A stretch of 64,000 nucleotides of DNA from Candidatus Latescibacterota bacterium (GCA_965242865.1 CBDETK010000013.1:1-64000); one strand, 5' to 3'; shown: positions 15,573 to 26,107, counted from the stretch's first letter. A program made the numbers and translations. The notes: generated by a model not told the origin, from the sequence alone.

Positions 15573-18098
15573 TTAATACGCTACGCACACACTCCGCTGG
15601 ACGACCTCGGCTTTTGGGTCGGTTTGCAATTCGAGCTGCACGATGTAGATGCCCGGCGGCACGACCTCGCCGTTGCGCTGGCCGTCCCAAACATACATCG
15701 CCCGGGCCCCGCGCGGCGTGGCGTTTGCCAGCTCGGCGATGAGGCGGCCGGCGAGGGAAAAGACGCGCACCCGCGGCTGCTTGTCGGTCTTGACGACGGT
15801 GACGTTTAGCTCGTACCGGTCGTTGATGCCGTCGCCATTGGGCGTGAAGAGCGCGGTGTGGCGCACGTTGCGGATGAGCGCGCCGCCCTGCACCACCTCC
15901 GGGACAAACACTTGATCGGCCCCCAACTCGGCCGGCACCACCCCTTGACCGTTGTCCTCTTGAGCCGAGTTAAAGACAAAGGTCTCAAACACCGTGGGGC
16001 TGGCAAAAACCCGCGTTGCAAAGGCAATGTCAACCGAGTCGCGCCGCACCACCGGCGGCGGTAGCTGCACCCACAGGGAGTCGCCGCGCAACGAGCCGCT
16101 CGCCTCCACTGGCTGGCCGCCCACGCGCACCGCAAGCAATTGGGCGTCCGCGCTGCCCGGCGGCAGGGCGATCAACACTTGGTCGAACCCGGGGTCGCGG
16201 CTGTTGAACGCCTGCGGCTTAATGGTATAGCGAAACTCGGTCGGCGCATCGAGGGCGGCTTCGCACGGCCACACCGAGCCGCTCAGGCCGGCAAAAATGA
16301 CCGGATCGTTGGCCGCAATCCGCAGCGAGCGCAGCACCGGCGATGCGTTTAGATCGTCGCTGTACAGGCGAATGCGCGTGCGCAAGTAGCGGCGCGGCGA
16401 AGGCGATTGAAAGCTCTGACCGGAAAAGCGGTGCGGCCGGCTCCAAGTGCTCCAAGTGGCATCGCGCACCTTTTCTTGCACAATGTCGCCGCGATAGCGC
16501 TTGCGCGCCGCTTCGTAGGCTTCCTTGGTGACTTCACTGCCGTTTTTGAGAAAGTAGCGCGTGACGTCGGTAAAGCCATTGCCCGTTTGGGTCTGCACCT
16601 CTAGGCGCGTTCCCGGCGGCAGGTCGGCGTCCCACTCAATGCGCCGGATGCTGCGCGCGGACCCCAAGTCGAGATCGTCGGACTCCAACTCGACGCGCTT
16701 GGGATAGCCTTCGCGGTGAAAGGCAAAAAGCTGCAAGGCATTGGCGTCGCGGCCGTAGAAGCCGATCACGCGCCAGAGGATGAGGCGGGTGTCGCGGGTC
16801 GGAAATTGAAAATCGTTGAAGGGGTAGCTGGTCCGCACTTGCGACAGCAGCTCGTATTCAAACGGCCCCTCGGCCTGCGGGTCGGCCGTGTTGCTCGAAC
16901 TGCCGTCGGAGGTGAGGATGTCGAACATGGGGAAGCCGCCCACCGCGCCCTGCTGGTAGCCGTATAGCCACGGGCTGCGGCCGCCGATGAGCGGCACGAA
17001 AATTATCCGGTCGATGCGGAACACGTTGCCAAAGTCGATCACCGACCAGACGCCATCGTCGCGCCAATCGCGATCCCCCGAAGAGGCTTGGATGCTCCAC
17101 AGCCGCCGGCCCAAGTCCGCATCCACGAGGAATTCCGCGCCGCTGGCCTTGCCGCAGCCATCGCAATCGCGCGCCCTTGAGGTCCACGTCCTGCCGCCCC
17201 ATGACTCCTCGCCCTTTTCCGCGCGCTCCTCGGTAAACACCCGGGTCGACAGGTTGAAGCCAATGCCCTCTACCTCGATTTCGGCGAGGGCGGCCCCCGG
17301 GGTTTGGCCGGCCGCTTCAAAGCGCACAAAGCGAAGGATAGAAAAATCCAAGCTGTCGCTCTTTGCCAAGAACTGCCCTTTGGGCATGCCGCTCGGCGGG
17401 GCCTTGTTGGCGGTTTTGAGCTCGAACTCTACCACCTGCTTGGCGTTGTTGTTGACCGGCCGCCCAACGCGCTCAAACGCGATCTGCTTGCCCGGCGCGC
17501 CCGCGACCTGAATGCCTGGGCTGCTGTGGAGCGAAAAGAATTCAAAGGGCCGGGCGTCCTCGGTTTGGGGAAAGATCACGCGAATTTTGCGGGCGACGAC
17601 CGCCCGGTCCAAATCGACCTCTAGCCACCACTTCTGGAGCGGGTCGCCCAAGTCGGGCTGCCAATAGGTGGTGGGGTCTTGGTCGGCCACGAGTCCGGCT
17701 TGGCCCTGATTGGAGGGCGCGCGCACCGGCAACCGACCGTAGTCGCCAATGGTAACAGACGAAAATTCCCCCGCATTGGCGACCGCATTAAACGTCGTGC
17801 CAAATCGCTTCACCGCCACCCCGGTAGCCCCGATCTGAACGAGCCCAGCCGGATGATTCCACGCCGCAAAATCCGCCCCCGAAAAGACGATGTCCTGGGC
17901 GTAGAGGGCAGCAGGCACGACGATCAATAACAGGAACCGTAGGGGCGTCCCTCGTGGACGCCCTCGGGGTGGATGGACGCCCGCGCAATGACGCCCGCGG
18001 GAAGGGGGGGGCGTCCACAGGGGGACGCCCCTACGGGTATGGCTCGGGGTGGATGGACGCCCGCGCAATGACGCCCGCGCAATGAATGATCTAATCAT
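15573..18098 (-). CDS. Secreted discoidin-like + FlgD-Ig/TPNGDG-tailed protein (841 aa; start re-called to ATG 18098)
   Basis: GGAG RBS before ATG 18098; WWLEVDLDR discoidin-like motif; FTPNGDGINDR, FSLAGRLI, WDG..PPGIYIVQL, terminal VAY. Confidence 0.8.
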   Translation of the reverse strand: MIRSFIARASLRGRPSTPSHTRRGVPLWTPPPSRGRHCAGVHPPRGRPRGTPLRFLLLIVVPAALYAQDIVFSGADFAAWNHPAGLVQIGATGVAVKRFGTTFNAVANAGEFSSVTIGDYGRLPVRAPSNQGQAGLVADQDPTTYWQPDLGDPLQKWWLEVDLDRAVVARKIRVIFPQTEDARPFEFFSLHSSPGIQVAGAPGKQIAFERVGRPVNNNAKQVVEFELKTANKAPPSGMPKGQFLAKSDSLDFSILRFVRFEAAGQTPGAALAEIEVEGIGFNLSTRVFTEERAEKGEESWGGRTWTSRARDCDGCGKASGAEFLVDADLGRRLWSIQASSGDRDWRDDGVWSVIDFGNVFRIDRIIFVPLIGGRSPWLYGYQQGAVGGFPMFDILTSDGSSSNTADPQAEGPFEYELLSQVRTSYPFNDFQFPTRDTRLILWRVIGFYGRDANALQLFAFHREGYPKRVELESDDLDLGSARSIRRIEWDADLPPGTRLEVQTQTGNGFTDVTRYFLKNGSEVTKEAYEAARKRYRGDIVQEKVRDATWSTWSRPHRFSGQSFQSPSPRRYLRTRIRLYSDDLNASPVLRSLRIAANDPVIFAGLSGSVWPCEAALDAPTEFRYTIKPQAFNSRDPGFDQVLIALPPGSADAQLLAVRVGGQPVEASGSLRGDSLWVQLPPPVVRRDSVDIAFATRVFASPTVFETFVFNSAQEDNGQGVVPAELGADQVFVPEVVQGGALIRNVRHTALFTPNGDGINDRYELNVTVVKTDKQPRVRVFSLAGRLIAELANATPRGARAMYVWDGQRNGEVVPPGIYIVQLELQTDPKAEVVQRSVCVAY
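17937..18036. repeat. Inverted pair of GTAG-type REP elements (REPIN/BIME-like) inside the 5' coding region
   Basis: GTAGGGGCGTCCCTCGTGGACGCCC (17939-17963, +) and GTAGGGGCGTCCCCCTGTGGACGCCC (18034-18009, -); also a 37-bp direct repeat at 17963-17999 and 18043-18079. Confidence 0.75.
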
Positions 18099-18124
18099 CG
18101 GCTGTTCTCCGCAGGTTGCGCCGG

Positions 18125-20143
18125 TCAATAGGCGACGGCGACCGCGTGGGCCCGCGTCACCACGCCCAAGTCGATTTCGATCTCGATCTGCACCAAGTAG
18201 AGACCGGGAGGGACTAGCTGTCCAGCCGCATCCCGGCCGTCCCAAGTCGGCGCGTGCGAGCCCGCTTGGGCCGTGGTGCGGAGTAGGGTGGCGACGCGGC
18301 GGCCGGCGAGGTCGCGCACCGTCATGGTGGTTGGTGCGCCGTTGACGCCAAACAGATCAAAGGCCGCGACCACGCGGTCGTTGGCGCGGTCGCCATTGGG
18401 CGTTAAGACCGGCGACGACAGCCGCAGGGGGCCCAAGACGCTCAGTTCGGCCTCGCTGGCGACCACTTGGATGCTGTTGCTGGCGACGTCCGGGCGCGCA
18501 TCGCCCCCTTCAATCGACTGAGGCAAGAGCGCGGCTTGGGGGTCGCGGTTGACCACTTGCCCTTCCAAAAAGAGCGACGCTTGGTAGATCGCGCTGCGGT
18601 AGCGGACGCGAAACGACGTGTCGGCGACAAAAACTTGCGGAAACGCAAAGCTGAATTTGTTGGGCGCGGCGACAAAAGAAAAATCCACGCCTTCCCGCGC
18701 CGGCACATCGTCGATTTCCAAGCCGAGAAAGCGCGCACCCGGCGGCACATCTAGTTCAATCGCGTCAAACCCCACGCGGTCGCTGGTGGCAAAAACAGTG
18801 CGAATGTCATAGACAAACGTGGTATCCGCGCCCAGCGGCACCCGCGGCGCGCCCAGCGGCCCGGGCAGCGAGACTTCGGCCAGTACGCTGTCGGCCAACA
18901 GGGGCGACACCTCAAAGGCCACGCTGTCCAAGACGCCAAAGGCAAAGGGCTGCTCAGTGGCGATCTCAAAGCGAAACTGGAAGAACGCCCCGCCATCGGC
19001 CGACCGCACCTCGTCGCCCGACTCCACGTAGGCAATGGACCAAGGCGTCCAATTCTCCGTATCCTCGCCGCGGCGCGCTTGGAACCTCGGGGCGCGTTCG
19101 TAGGCCGCGTGGACGACCGCGGGCGCGTCTTCGTACGTCGAGCGGTCCACTTTGAGGAGGCGGCTGAGTTCGTCAAAAATAAAGTGATCTATGGGATCGT
19201 CGTCCGTGCCGGAGCGCGTCTGGAGGACGAGCTGCACCGGGGCCGCCGGGTCTTCGACGATGCGGCCGGAACTCGTCTGCCGGTAGCGGGTAAAGCGCCA
19301 AGTAAGCCGGCCGAGGCTCACTGGCTCGCCAAAGGACTTGACTTGCGACAAGTAGCGGGCCACTTGGGGATAGCCGCGGCCAAACGCCTGAATCTCGGCG
19401 AGCAGGCCCAGCGAGGTGACGCCGCCGAACTTGAAGCGCAAAAAGCGCGTAAAGCGCAAGGGCGGCCGCAGCGATACAATGCTTTGGTTGTTGGAAAAGG
19501 TGCTGCCGATGAGCTCGTCGAGCGGGTGGTAGCCGGGCGACCCAAGCGCGACGTCCTCTTCCTCGAAAATGAGCCAGTCCGCCGGCGTGTTGGTGCGCGT
19601 CACTTCGTAGCCCACCGGGAAGACGTTGCGCTGGCGGCGGTTGTCGTCGGTAAAGCCGCTTTGGGGTGGAAAGAAGACGAGGCTATCGAGGGCGATGGGC
19701 ACTCCCAAGTCGAGCGTATAGAACACCGCCGCATTGGGCCGCCCGTCGATGCGCGGCGGATGGACGAAAGAAGCCGTCAACTCGTCGCCATCGATGAGGC
19801 CGCGCATTACCGCGGCGTTGCCTCCCCAGATGCGCGGATTCCAGCCCACGAGTTGGTTGTTGATCTCCATCCGGTCCGGGTCTTTCGCAAAGGCCCAAGA
19901 GTAGTCAAACATATTGACCTGCGCGGCCACCCCGGTGGCGCGCACCAACCCGCGCAACACGTTGTGTCCCGGGGGCACCGCCCGAGGCTGCACGGCGCCG
20001 GGGCGCACGGAGTCGTCGAGGGCGATCCAGCGCTCGGCCGCCTCGGCCCAAGGTTCGCCCCTTGCGCCGACGACCCAAGCCGACGCCTGCCCCCAAGCCG
20101 CCCCAGCGAGCAACAGCAGCGGCACTAGCGAGAAAGCGATCAA
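18125..20143 (-). CDS. Secreted FlgD-Ig/TPNGDG-tailed protein
   Basis: Signal MIAFSLVPLLLLAGAAWG; LDLGVP, QTRSGTDD, WTPWS, LTPNGDRAND, DLAGRRVA, WDGRDAAGQLVPPGLYL, terminal VAY. Confidence 0.85.
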   Translation of the reverse strand: MIAFSLVPLLLLAGAAWGQASAWVVGARGEPWAEAAERWIALDDSVRPGAVQPRAVPPGHNVLRGLVRATGVAAQVNMFDYSWAFAKDPDRMEINNQLVGWNPRIWGGNAAVMRGLIDGDELTASFVHPPRIDGRPNAAVFYTLDLGVPIALDSLVFFPPQSGFTDDNRRQRNVFPVGYEVTRTNTPADWLIFEEEDVALGSPGYHPLDELIGSTFSNNQSIVSLRPPLRFTRFLRFKFGGVTSLGLLAEIQAFGRGYPQVARYLSQVKSFGEPVSLGRLTWRFTRYRQTSSGRIVEDPAAPVQLVLQTRSGTDDDPIDHFIFDELSRLLKVDRSTYEDAPAVVHAAYERAPRFQARRGEDTENWTPWSIAYVESGDEVRSADGGAFFQFRFEIATEQPFAFGVLDSVAFEVSPLLADSVLAEVSLPGPLGAPRVPLGADTTFVYDIRTVFATSDRVGFDAIELDVPPGARFLGLEIDDVPAREGVDFSFVAAPNKFSFAFPQVFVADTSFRVRYRSAIYQASLFLEGQVVNRDPQAALLPQSIEGGDARPDVASNSIQVVASEAELSVLGPLRLSSPVLTPNGDRANDRVVAAFDLFGVNGAPTTMTVRDLAGRRVATLLRTTAQAGSHAPTWDGRDAAGQLVPPGLYLVQIEIEIDLGVVTRAHAVAVAY

Positions 20144-22149
20144 TACGCCACTCCTATGAGCTGGGTCTCGGTGGTCGGGGCGACGTCCGAGTGTACCCCG
20201 ATTCGACAGAGGTACAGACCGGGCGCGACCTTGGCCCCGGCCCCATCCCGTCCGTCCCAGGTTTCGCGATAGACCCCGGCGGCCCGGGGCGCGGCAATCA
20301 GTTGTCGCACCCGGCGGCCGGAAAGGTCAAAAACTTCGACCGCCAGCGACACCTCGCCGGCAAATTGCGTCAGCACGGCGGCGATTTCGACCGCGTCGTT
20401 GACCCCATCGCCGTTGGGCGTGAGCACCGAAGTCGAGAGGAGGGCTTCGACCGCGGGCGTGGCACTGGCCGCGAAAATGTGGATGGAGCCCGTGCCCACC
20501 TCGGCGCTGGCATTGCCGGCCGCAATCGGATGCGGCGGCACCTCGCCATCGCCGAGCAAAAAGGCGTTTAGCGGCGTGTGGTACTCCAGCAACCGCAGCC
20601 GAAAGGCCAGCCGCATGGGCTGGTTGTTTTGGCGCGTCACCGGCGGGAAAAAGACTTGGAAGCCTTCGGCAATAGGCTCGACTTCAACGTCCGCGACCTC
20701 GACGAGGGGATCGCCCATTTGCAGCCGCTCAAACACCGGGGGCGGAAAGGCGGTGAGCTGGAGGCCGCGAAAGCCGGCGAGATCGTCTGCGGCAAATTCG
20801 GTGAGGATGTCGCAGACAAAGGAGGTATCGACGCCGCTTGGAACGGCCAAGACGCCGCCGACGGGCTGGGGGTCCGCGGCCAGCGCGACCTCGCCGACAG
20901 CCGTGCTGACCAATTCGGGAGCAAACTCCACCACCAAGCTATCGAGGCGCATGGTGCTCGTAGCGCGGCCGTTAAAAAAGATGCGGAACTGCAAAAATTC
21001 GCGCGGACTGGGCAGGTCCAACGGCACGACGACCGTGGCCGATGAATCGAGTTGCAGGGGCCGGGTCCAGCCACTCCAATTTTCCACGTCTTCGCGGATG
21101 CCGGCCTGCACAAAATCGCGTGCGGGTCCGACCTCGGCCAACGGCAGCGAAAGGTATTCGGTCCGAGTTACCTCGCCCAGCACCGCGCCGGTGGCGGGAT
21201 CGCGGCGGTACAGGGCGCGGCGCGGCAGATTGTTGTATTCGGACAGGGGCACTTCTTCGCGGACGCCGGTGTCGCGGTCGCGGCGAAAGTAAGCTACCGG
21301 GGTGTCGTCCGTGCCGCTGCGGAACTGCAAGCGCACGGTCGCGGTGTCGCCTGCGGCGCTGCGGCTCAACCGCTCGGCCTGCACCGCGAGCCGCCCGAAA
21401 TTCACGGGACGCCCAAAGGAATGGAGCTGGGAGACATAGCTGGACACCGGCACGAATCCCTCGCCGTACACCTCAAATTCCGCGAGGTTGAAGGGATTGC
21501 GCGAGAGCACCTTGAGCCGGAGAAAGCGCCCCTGCACCCCGTTGAAGGACAGCTCGACCACGGGGTCGTCGTTGTCCTCGACGCGGCTCAACAGGCGATA
21601 GACGGGCCGCTTGACCTCGTCGAACTGCTCGCCGTCGCTCACTTGCAGTTCAAACGCCTTGATGAACCAATCGCGCTCGCTCGGCGCGGGCGCGAACCGC
21701 ACGCGGTCTATTGGAAAAGGGGCCCCGAGATCCCAGAAAAACGTGGCCCCGGCTTGGTTGCGTGCCGTGCGGAACGCGCCTTCTGACGAACTGGAAGGGT
21801 CGCCGTCGACGAGCTGCAGGGGGCCATTTACCTGATTGAAGGGACCGTCGTTGGACCAAGTGCGCGGCTGTCCGGGCTTGGTAAAGTCGCTGGGGCTGCC
21901 GTTGAGCCAAGTCTGGCCGGCGTCCCGCAGCAGTTCCATGAGGTTCTGGCCGCTGCGCAGCTCTAGCGGCTGCAGCGCGCCGGCAACTCCGACGGTGCCG
22001 TTTTGGATGTCCGCTTGAGAGGCCCACGACAAGCCGCCGCGGCCGAGGTGATACGTTTCCACTTCGGCCCACCCCAGCCGCGCCCCCAGCCCTATCATCA
22101 TGTAGACAGCGGCGAATCGGCCAAGCGGAAGGGAGCAATGGGGCCGCAT
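20140..22149 (-). CDS. Secreted FlgD-Ig/TPNGDG-tailed protein
   Basis: WDLGAPFPIDRVRF, QFRSGTDD, WSGWT, LTPNGDGVND, DLSGRRVR, WDGRDGAGAKVAPGLYL, terminal VAY; exact start uncertain. Confidence 0.85.
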   Translation of the reverse strand: MRPHCSLPLGRFAAVYMMIGLGARLGWAEVETYHLGRGGLSWASQADIQNGTVGVAGALQPLELRSGQNLMELLRDAGQTWLNGSPSDFTKPGQPRTWSNDGPFNQVNGPLQLVDGDPSSSSEGAFRTARNQAGATFFWDLGAPFPIDRVRFAPAPSERDWFIKAFELQVSDGEQFDEVKRPVYRLLSRVEDNDDPVVELSFNGVQGRFLRLKVLSRNPFNLAEFEVYGEGFVPVSSYVSQLHSFGRPVNFGRLAVQAERLSRSAAGDTATVRLQFRSGTDDTPVAYFRRDRDTGVREEVPLSEYNNLPRRALYRRDPATGAVLGEVTRTEYLSLPLAEVGPARDFVQAGIREDVENWSGWTRPLQLDSSATVVVPLDLPSPREFLQFRIFFNGRATSTMRLDSLVVEFAPELVSTAVGEVALAADPQPVGGVLAVPSGVDTSFVCDILTEFAADDLAGFRGLQLTAFPPPVFERLQMGDPLVEVADVEVEPIAEGFQVFFPPVTRQNNQPMRLAFRLRLLEYHTPLNAFLLGDGEVPPHPIAAGNASAEVGTGSIHIFAASATPAVEALLSTSVLTPNGDGVNDAVEIAAVLTQFAGEVSLAVEVFDLSGRRVRQLIAAPRAAGVYRETWDGRDGAGAKVAPGLYLCRIGVHSDVAPTTETQLIGVAY

Positions 22150-22154
22150 GATGG

Positions 22155-22868
22155 CTAGTTCAGGGGAACCGCGCTGTGGGGCGCGTACCCCTTGAGCACC
22201 TCGCGCTCGAAAGCGACCCTGAGGTCGAGGGTCTCCACGGGTTCGCCCTCAAAGTTGAAGCGGATGGCGATGTCGGCGATTTCCACTTGGACGCGCGTTA
22301 CTTCGTCGTCCAAGCGGGGAAAGACGATGTACCCTTCCTCGTCGCGGCCACTGAAGATGAAGTCGTCGGTAAACAGGGTTTGTTTGAGAATGTCGGTGCG
22401 CGCCCTGAACTCGATTCGGCCTTGGCCGGAGTTGGCCTGCCAATACGAGCGGTAGTATTCGTACAGCTCGGCGTAGCTCAAGGCGCGATAGACTTGATTG
22501 TCGGCCGCTTTGATCGTGGCTTTGAGCGGGTCGATGACGACCTTGGGAAACTGGTAATTGGCGACGCCTAATTTCATTACCAAAAAGCGCGGCGGCGTCC
22601 AGTCGTCGCCGGGCGCGACCCAATCGCCAAAGGTATAGGGATTGACCGCAGCCGCGCCGCCGGTTGAGGCTTGGGGAAATTGCCGATTGAGTTCGGCGTC
22701 GGTCATGGGTCTTAGGGTGATGGCCAGCCGCTCTAGCGCGTAGGTGACCGAGCCGTCGTCGTTGACGGTCATGCCTTCGGCCTGTTGGGGGGTGGCTCGC
22801 AGCGGTTGGGGGAAGTAACGCCCACAGCCGCTGACGAGGAGGATGAGCACCGCGATCCATACGCGCAT
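22155..22868 (-). CDS. Lipoprotein of unknown function (237 aa; start re-called to ATG 22868)
   Basis: AGAGGA RBS; MRVWIAVLILLVSG-C lipobox. Confidence 0.8.
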   Translation of the reverse strand: MRVWIAVLILLVSGCGRYFPQPLRATPQQAEGMTVNDDGSVTYALERLAITLRPMTDAELNRQFPQASTGGAAAVNPYTFGDWVAPGDDWTPPRFLVMKLGVANYQFPKVVIDPLKATIKAADNQVYRALSYAELYEYYRSYWQANSGQGRIEFRARTDILKQTLFTDDFIFSGRDEEGYIVFPRLDDEVTRVQVEIADIAIRFNFEGEPVETLDLRVAFEREVLKGYAPHSAVPLN

Positions 22869-22978
22869 GGAATGTCCTCTGCGATGGCTTCGCGCTCTTG
22901 GCGACGCCGGTAAAGATGCAAAAGTGGGCGGGCACCTGATAACGCGCACCCGCCCTAAGGAAATTCTCGATGTGAAGT

Positions 22979-23018
22979 GGAGCGGCTCCACGGCGGCGTT
23001 TGGCCACGGAGCCGCTCC
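22979..23018 (-). terminator. GC-rich stem-loop just downstream of the 23025..23957 gene
   Basis: GGAGCGGCTCC...GGAGCCGCTCC perfect 11-bp arms; no U tract, so possibly an mRNA-stabilising hairpin rather than a terminator. Confidence 0.45.
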
Positions 23019-23024
23019 GAGGGG

Positions 23025-23957
23025 TTAGTGGCGGAAGGAATCCTTGATCTGCGCCCAAGTTGATTCTTCCACGGACGTTCCGTCTTGGGCCGCGTACTCG
23101 CCGATGCGCAGCAGGGCGGCATGAGCGTAGTACTGCCGCGCCGAGGCTTCCGGGCCGCGCGTGGTCATGTCGTTGACCACTGAAGAGGCGCGGTCGCCGT
23201 CGTCGCCGGTTGGCTCGCTGTCCTCGGCCCACAGGTTGAAGGCTAGGCCCGCGCCGTCTTCCCCGGCCACGTCGTCCAATTGGAAGGTCTCGCTGGCGGC
23301 CGGCCCGCCGTCTTCCATGAACCGCTTGACTTCGTAATTCCACTCGTACACCGTGGTTCCGCCGGCGTCCCATACTTCAGCGGCCCAAGCTTCGGGCGGA
23401 TCGACGCGGACGGCGAACTCGATGACCTCGTTGTTTTCCAGCCACCCTTCGGGGCCGGTCCAGCGATAGCGCACGTTTTGCGGCGGCACCATGTCGCCCG
23501 GGCGGGCGATGTATTCCATGACCCAACCGGTGCCAAATTCGCGGCCGTGATCGGTCGGGTCGAGGGAAAACTCGATCATGTCGGCGTGCCATTGCTCTAC
23601 GTTGGTGCCCCAGTGGCAGAGGACGTCATCGACGATTTCCATGTGTACGTACCAGCGGTTGACATCGCCGCCCTTCCAGCCCATGAGGGTGGTGACGTTG
23701 TAGTCGTCGCGCTCGGGTAGGGGACGGTCGGCTTCGTCGCGCCACTCATCCATGGTGAGGATGTACTCAGGGTCAAACCAGCCCCAGTCGCTGTCGTCGG
23801 CATCGGCCGTCATGGCGCTGGGATCGGGGACTTCGAGCATGTAAAACTCAAAGCCGAGCCGGCCGTTGCGGTTTTCGAGGGCCGGCGGATCGTTGAACTG
23901 GGCGTTTGCTGCGCCGATTAGGGCCAAGCTAAAGCCGCAGGCGATCAATAACTTCAT
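23025..23957 (-). CDS. Secreted acidic CBM9/DOMON-like protein with C-terminal TSVEESTWAQIK motif (310 aa; start re-called)
   Basis: AAAGGAG RBS; signal MKLLIACGFSLALIGAANA; DADDSDW, WHADMIEFSLDP, TVYEW resemble CBM9-like sugar-binding domains; paralog at 62271. Confidence 0.7.
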   Translation of the reverse strand: MKLLIACGFSLALIGAANAQFNDPPALENRNGRLGFEFYMLEVPDPSAMTADADDSDWGWFDPEYILTMDEWRDEADRPLPERDDYNVTTLMGWKGGDVNRWYVHMEIVDDVLCHWGTNVEQWHADMIEFSLDPTDHGREFGTGWVMEYIARPGDMVPPQNVRYRWTGPEGWLENNEVIEFAVRVDPPEAWAAEVWDAGGTTVYEWNYEVKRFMEDGGPAASETFQLDDVAGEDGAGLAFNLWAEDSEPTGDDGDRASSVVNDMTTRGPEASARQYYAHAALLRIGEYAAQDGTSVEESTWAQIKDSFRH

Positions 23958-24148
23958 GCTGCTCTCCTTTCGGTGGTCTGAGCGAACTTGCAACCCTTGC
24001 AAGCTGATGGATTGGGGCCAAATATACAATCGCCCCCTATACATTACAATAGCGCGGCGACTTGGGGGCCTAGATGGACACGGCGGCGGCCAAGAGACAT
24101 ACTTGAAAGGCCGTCAAAATCCAACCGTTTGACGAGGAAATTAGACCA

Positions 24149-26107
24149 GTGGACGCCTCGAAAAAACCCGCGGCCCGCGCCGGAATCAGCGGACGCGCCA
24201 TGCTCGTGGGGGCCGTGCTGTGCAGCGTGATTGCCGTGGGCCTGCCGTACGGAGAATTCGTCCTCAACGGCACTCAACTCGGGCTAAACTCCTCGACGCC
24301 AGCCGCGTTTTTCTTGCTCTTTGTGCTCGTGGCTCTGGTGCAGCCGCTGCTCGGCCTCGTGCGCCCGAGTTGGCTGTTCAGCCGCGCCGAGCTGTTGAGC
24401 ATTGCGGTGATGATGATGATTACCACCGCCATTGCCGCGCGGGGGTTCGTCAGCATTGCCGTGCCGATTCTGACCGGCGTCTTCTACTTTGCGACTCCAG
24501 AAAACAACTGGGAGGAGCTGCTCCTTCCGCACCTTCCCACTTGGCTCATTCCCTACGACGCCCAAGCCATTCGCGGTTTTTACGAGGGCCTGCCGGCCGG
24601 CGCGGCCATCCCTTGGGGCGTTTGGCTGGAGCCGCTGTTGTGGTGGCTCCTGTTCATGGCGGCGTTCTACGTGGTCGTCGTGTGCGCGATGGTCATTTTG
24701 CGGCGGCAGTGGATGGACCACGAGCGGCTGCTCTACCCGCTGACTCAGGTGCCGCTGGGCATGGTTGAGGACGCGGCCACGCCGGCGCGCGTCAAGCCCT
24801 TCCTCAAGAATCCCGCGATGTGGCTGGGGCTTGCGGTGCCGTTTGTCCTGCACGGGGTCAACGCCTTGAGCCACTACTACGAATTCATCGGCCGCATCCA
24901 CTTTACGCACTCGTTGCCGCTGGCCCACGACGCAGTGCGGTTTTACCTGCGCTTCGACTGCATGTGGCTGGGGCTGGCCTACTTGGTCAACGCCAACATC
25001 ACCTTTAGCCTGTGGTTCTTCTACTTGCTGGTCAAAGCAGAGGAGGTGCTCTTCACGCGCATCGGCATCTTGAGCACTGAAAACCTCGACATCTTTAGCC
25101 ACACCTTTGAGGGGCCGACCATGGGCCTGTTGAGCCACCAGACTATGGGCGCGATGATCGTCATGGTGCTTTTGGGGCTGTGGACGGCCCGCGTCCATCT
25201 CGGGCAGGTGGTGCAGCACCTCTGGCGGCGCGAAGGACGCGCCGATGGCGAGGAGCTGCTGTCGTACCGCACGGCGGTCCTCGGCGTCGCGCTGGGCCTC
25301 GTGGTCATGGCGGTGTGGCTGTGGCGGTCGGGCCTGCCGCTGTGGGCGGTCTTGGTCTATCTGTTCGGGGCGTTTGTCATCTTTTTGGCCCTAACGCGAA
25401 TGATCGTCGAAGCCGGCTTGGCCGCGGCCGTCCAGGGCCTGTCGGGCTGCGGCTTTCTCCTGTCCAGCGTGGGGTCCTCCGCCCTCGGGACGGCCGGGGT
25501 GCTGGCCACGGGCATGACTCTGGCTTGGGCTGGCGATCTGCTGGTCTTTATGATGGCCCCCTGTGCCAACGGCATTCGCATGTTGCACGGCCTGAGCCGC
25601 TACAAGCGCCGCATCCTCGCGATGATCGGGCTGGCCATGGCCATTGGCCTCGTCGGCGGGGTGGGGACGATTCTCGTGCTGAGCTACCACTACGGCGCGA
25701 ACAACTACCACGGCTCGTGGGCGTGGTTTGCCAAGGAGCCGTTTCGCGTCGCCCACAACTTCGCCCTCAATCCGACCGGTCCCAACTGGGATGGCTGGGT
25801 GTGGAACGGGGTCGGCGCGGTCATTATGGCCTCGTTGATCTGGGCGCGGCATCACCTGTTGTGGTGGCCTTTTCACCCGCTGGGCTATCTGGCCAGCGGC
25901 ACTTGGATTCTCAACAGCGTCTGGTTCAGCATTTTCCTCGCGTGGCTGGTCAAGGCCCTGGTGCTCAAATACACCGGGCCGAATGGCTACAAAGCGACGC
26001 GGTGGTTTTTCCTCGGCATGGTGCTGGGGCAGTTTGTCGCCGGGGGGTTCTGGATGGTCGTCGATGGGTTTACGGGCATGACCGGCAATAGGATTCGGAT
26101 GTTTTGA
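24149..26107 (+). CDS. Polytopic membrane protein, DUF6785/DUF6784-like (putative transporter)
   Basis: Many TM helices; YFATPENNW, ILRRQWMDHERLLYPL, WWPFHPLGY, WLVKALVLKY motifs. Confidence 0.7.
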   Translation: MDASKKPAARAGISGRAMLVGAVLCSVIAVGLPYGEFVLNGTQLGLNSSTPAAFFLLFVLVALVQPLLGLVRPSWLFSRAELLSIAVMMMITTAIAARGFVSIAVPILTGVFYFATPENNWEELLLPHLPTWLIPYDAQAIRGFYEGLPAGAAIPWGVWLEPLLWWLLFMAAFYVVVVCAMVILRRQWMDHERLLYPLTQVPLGMVEDAATPARVKPFLKNPAMWLGLAVPFVLHGVNALSHYYEFIGRIHFTHSLPLAHDAVRFYLRFDCMWLGLAYLVNANITFSLWFFYLLVKAEEVLFTRIGILSTENLDIFSHTFEGPTMGLLSHQTMGAMIVMVLLGLWTARVHLGQVVQHLWRREGRADGEELLSYRTAVLGVALGLVVMAVWLWRSGLPLWAVLVYLFGAFVIFLALTRMIVEAGLAAAVQGLSGCGFLLSSVGSSALGTAGVLATGMTLAWAGDLLVFMMAPCANGIRMLHGLSRYKRRILAMIGLAMAIGLVGGVGTILVLSYHYGANNYHGSWAWFAKEPFRVAHNFALNPTGPNWDGWVWNGVGAVIMASLIWARHHLLWWPFHPLGYLASGTWILNSVWFSIFLAWLVKALVLKYTGPNGYKATRWFFLGMVLGQFVAGGFWMVVDGFTGMTGNRIRMF

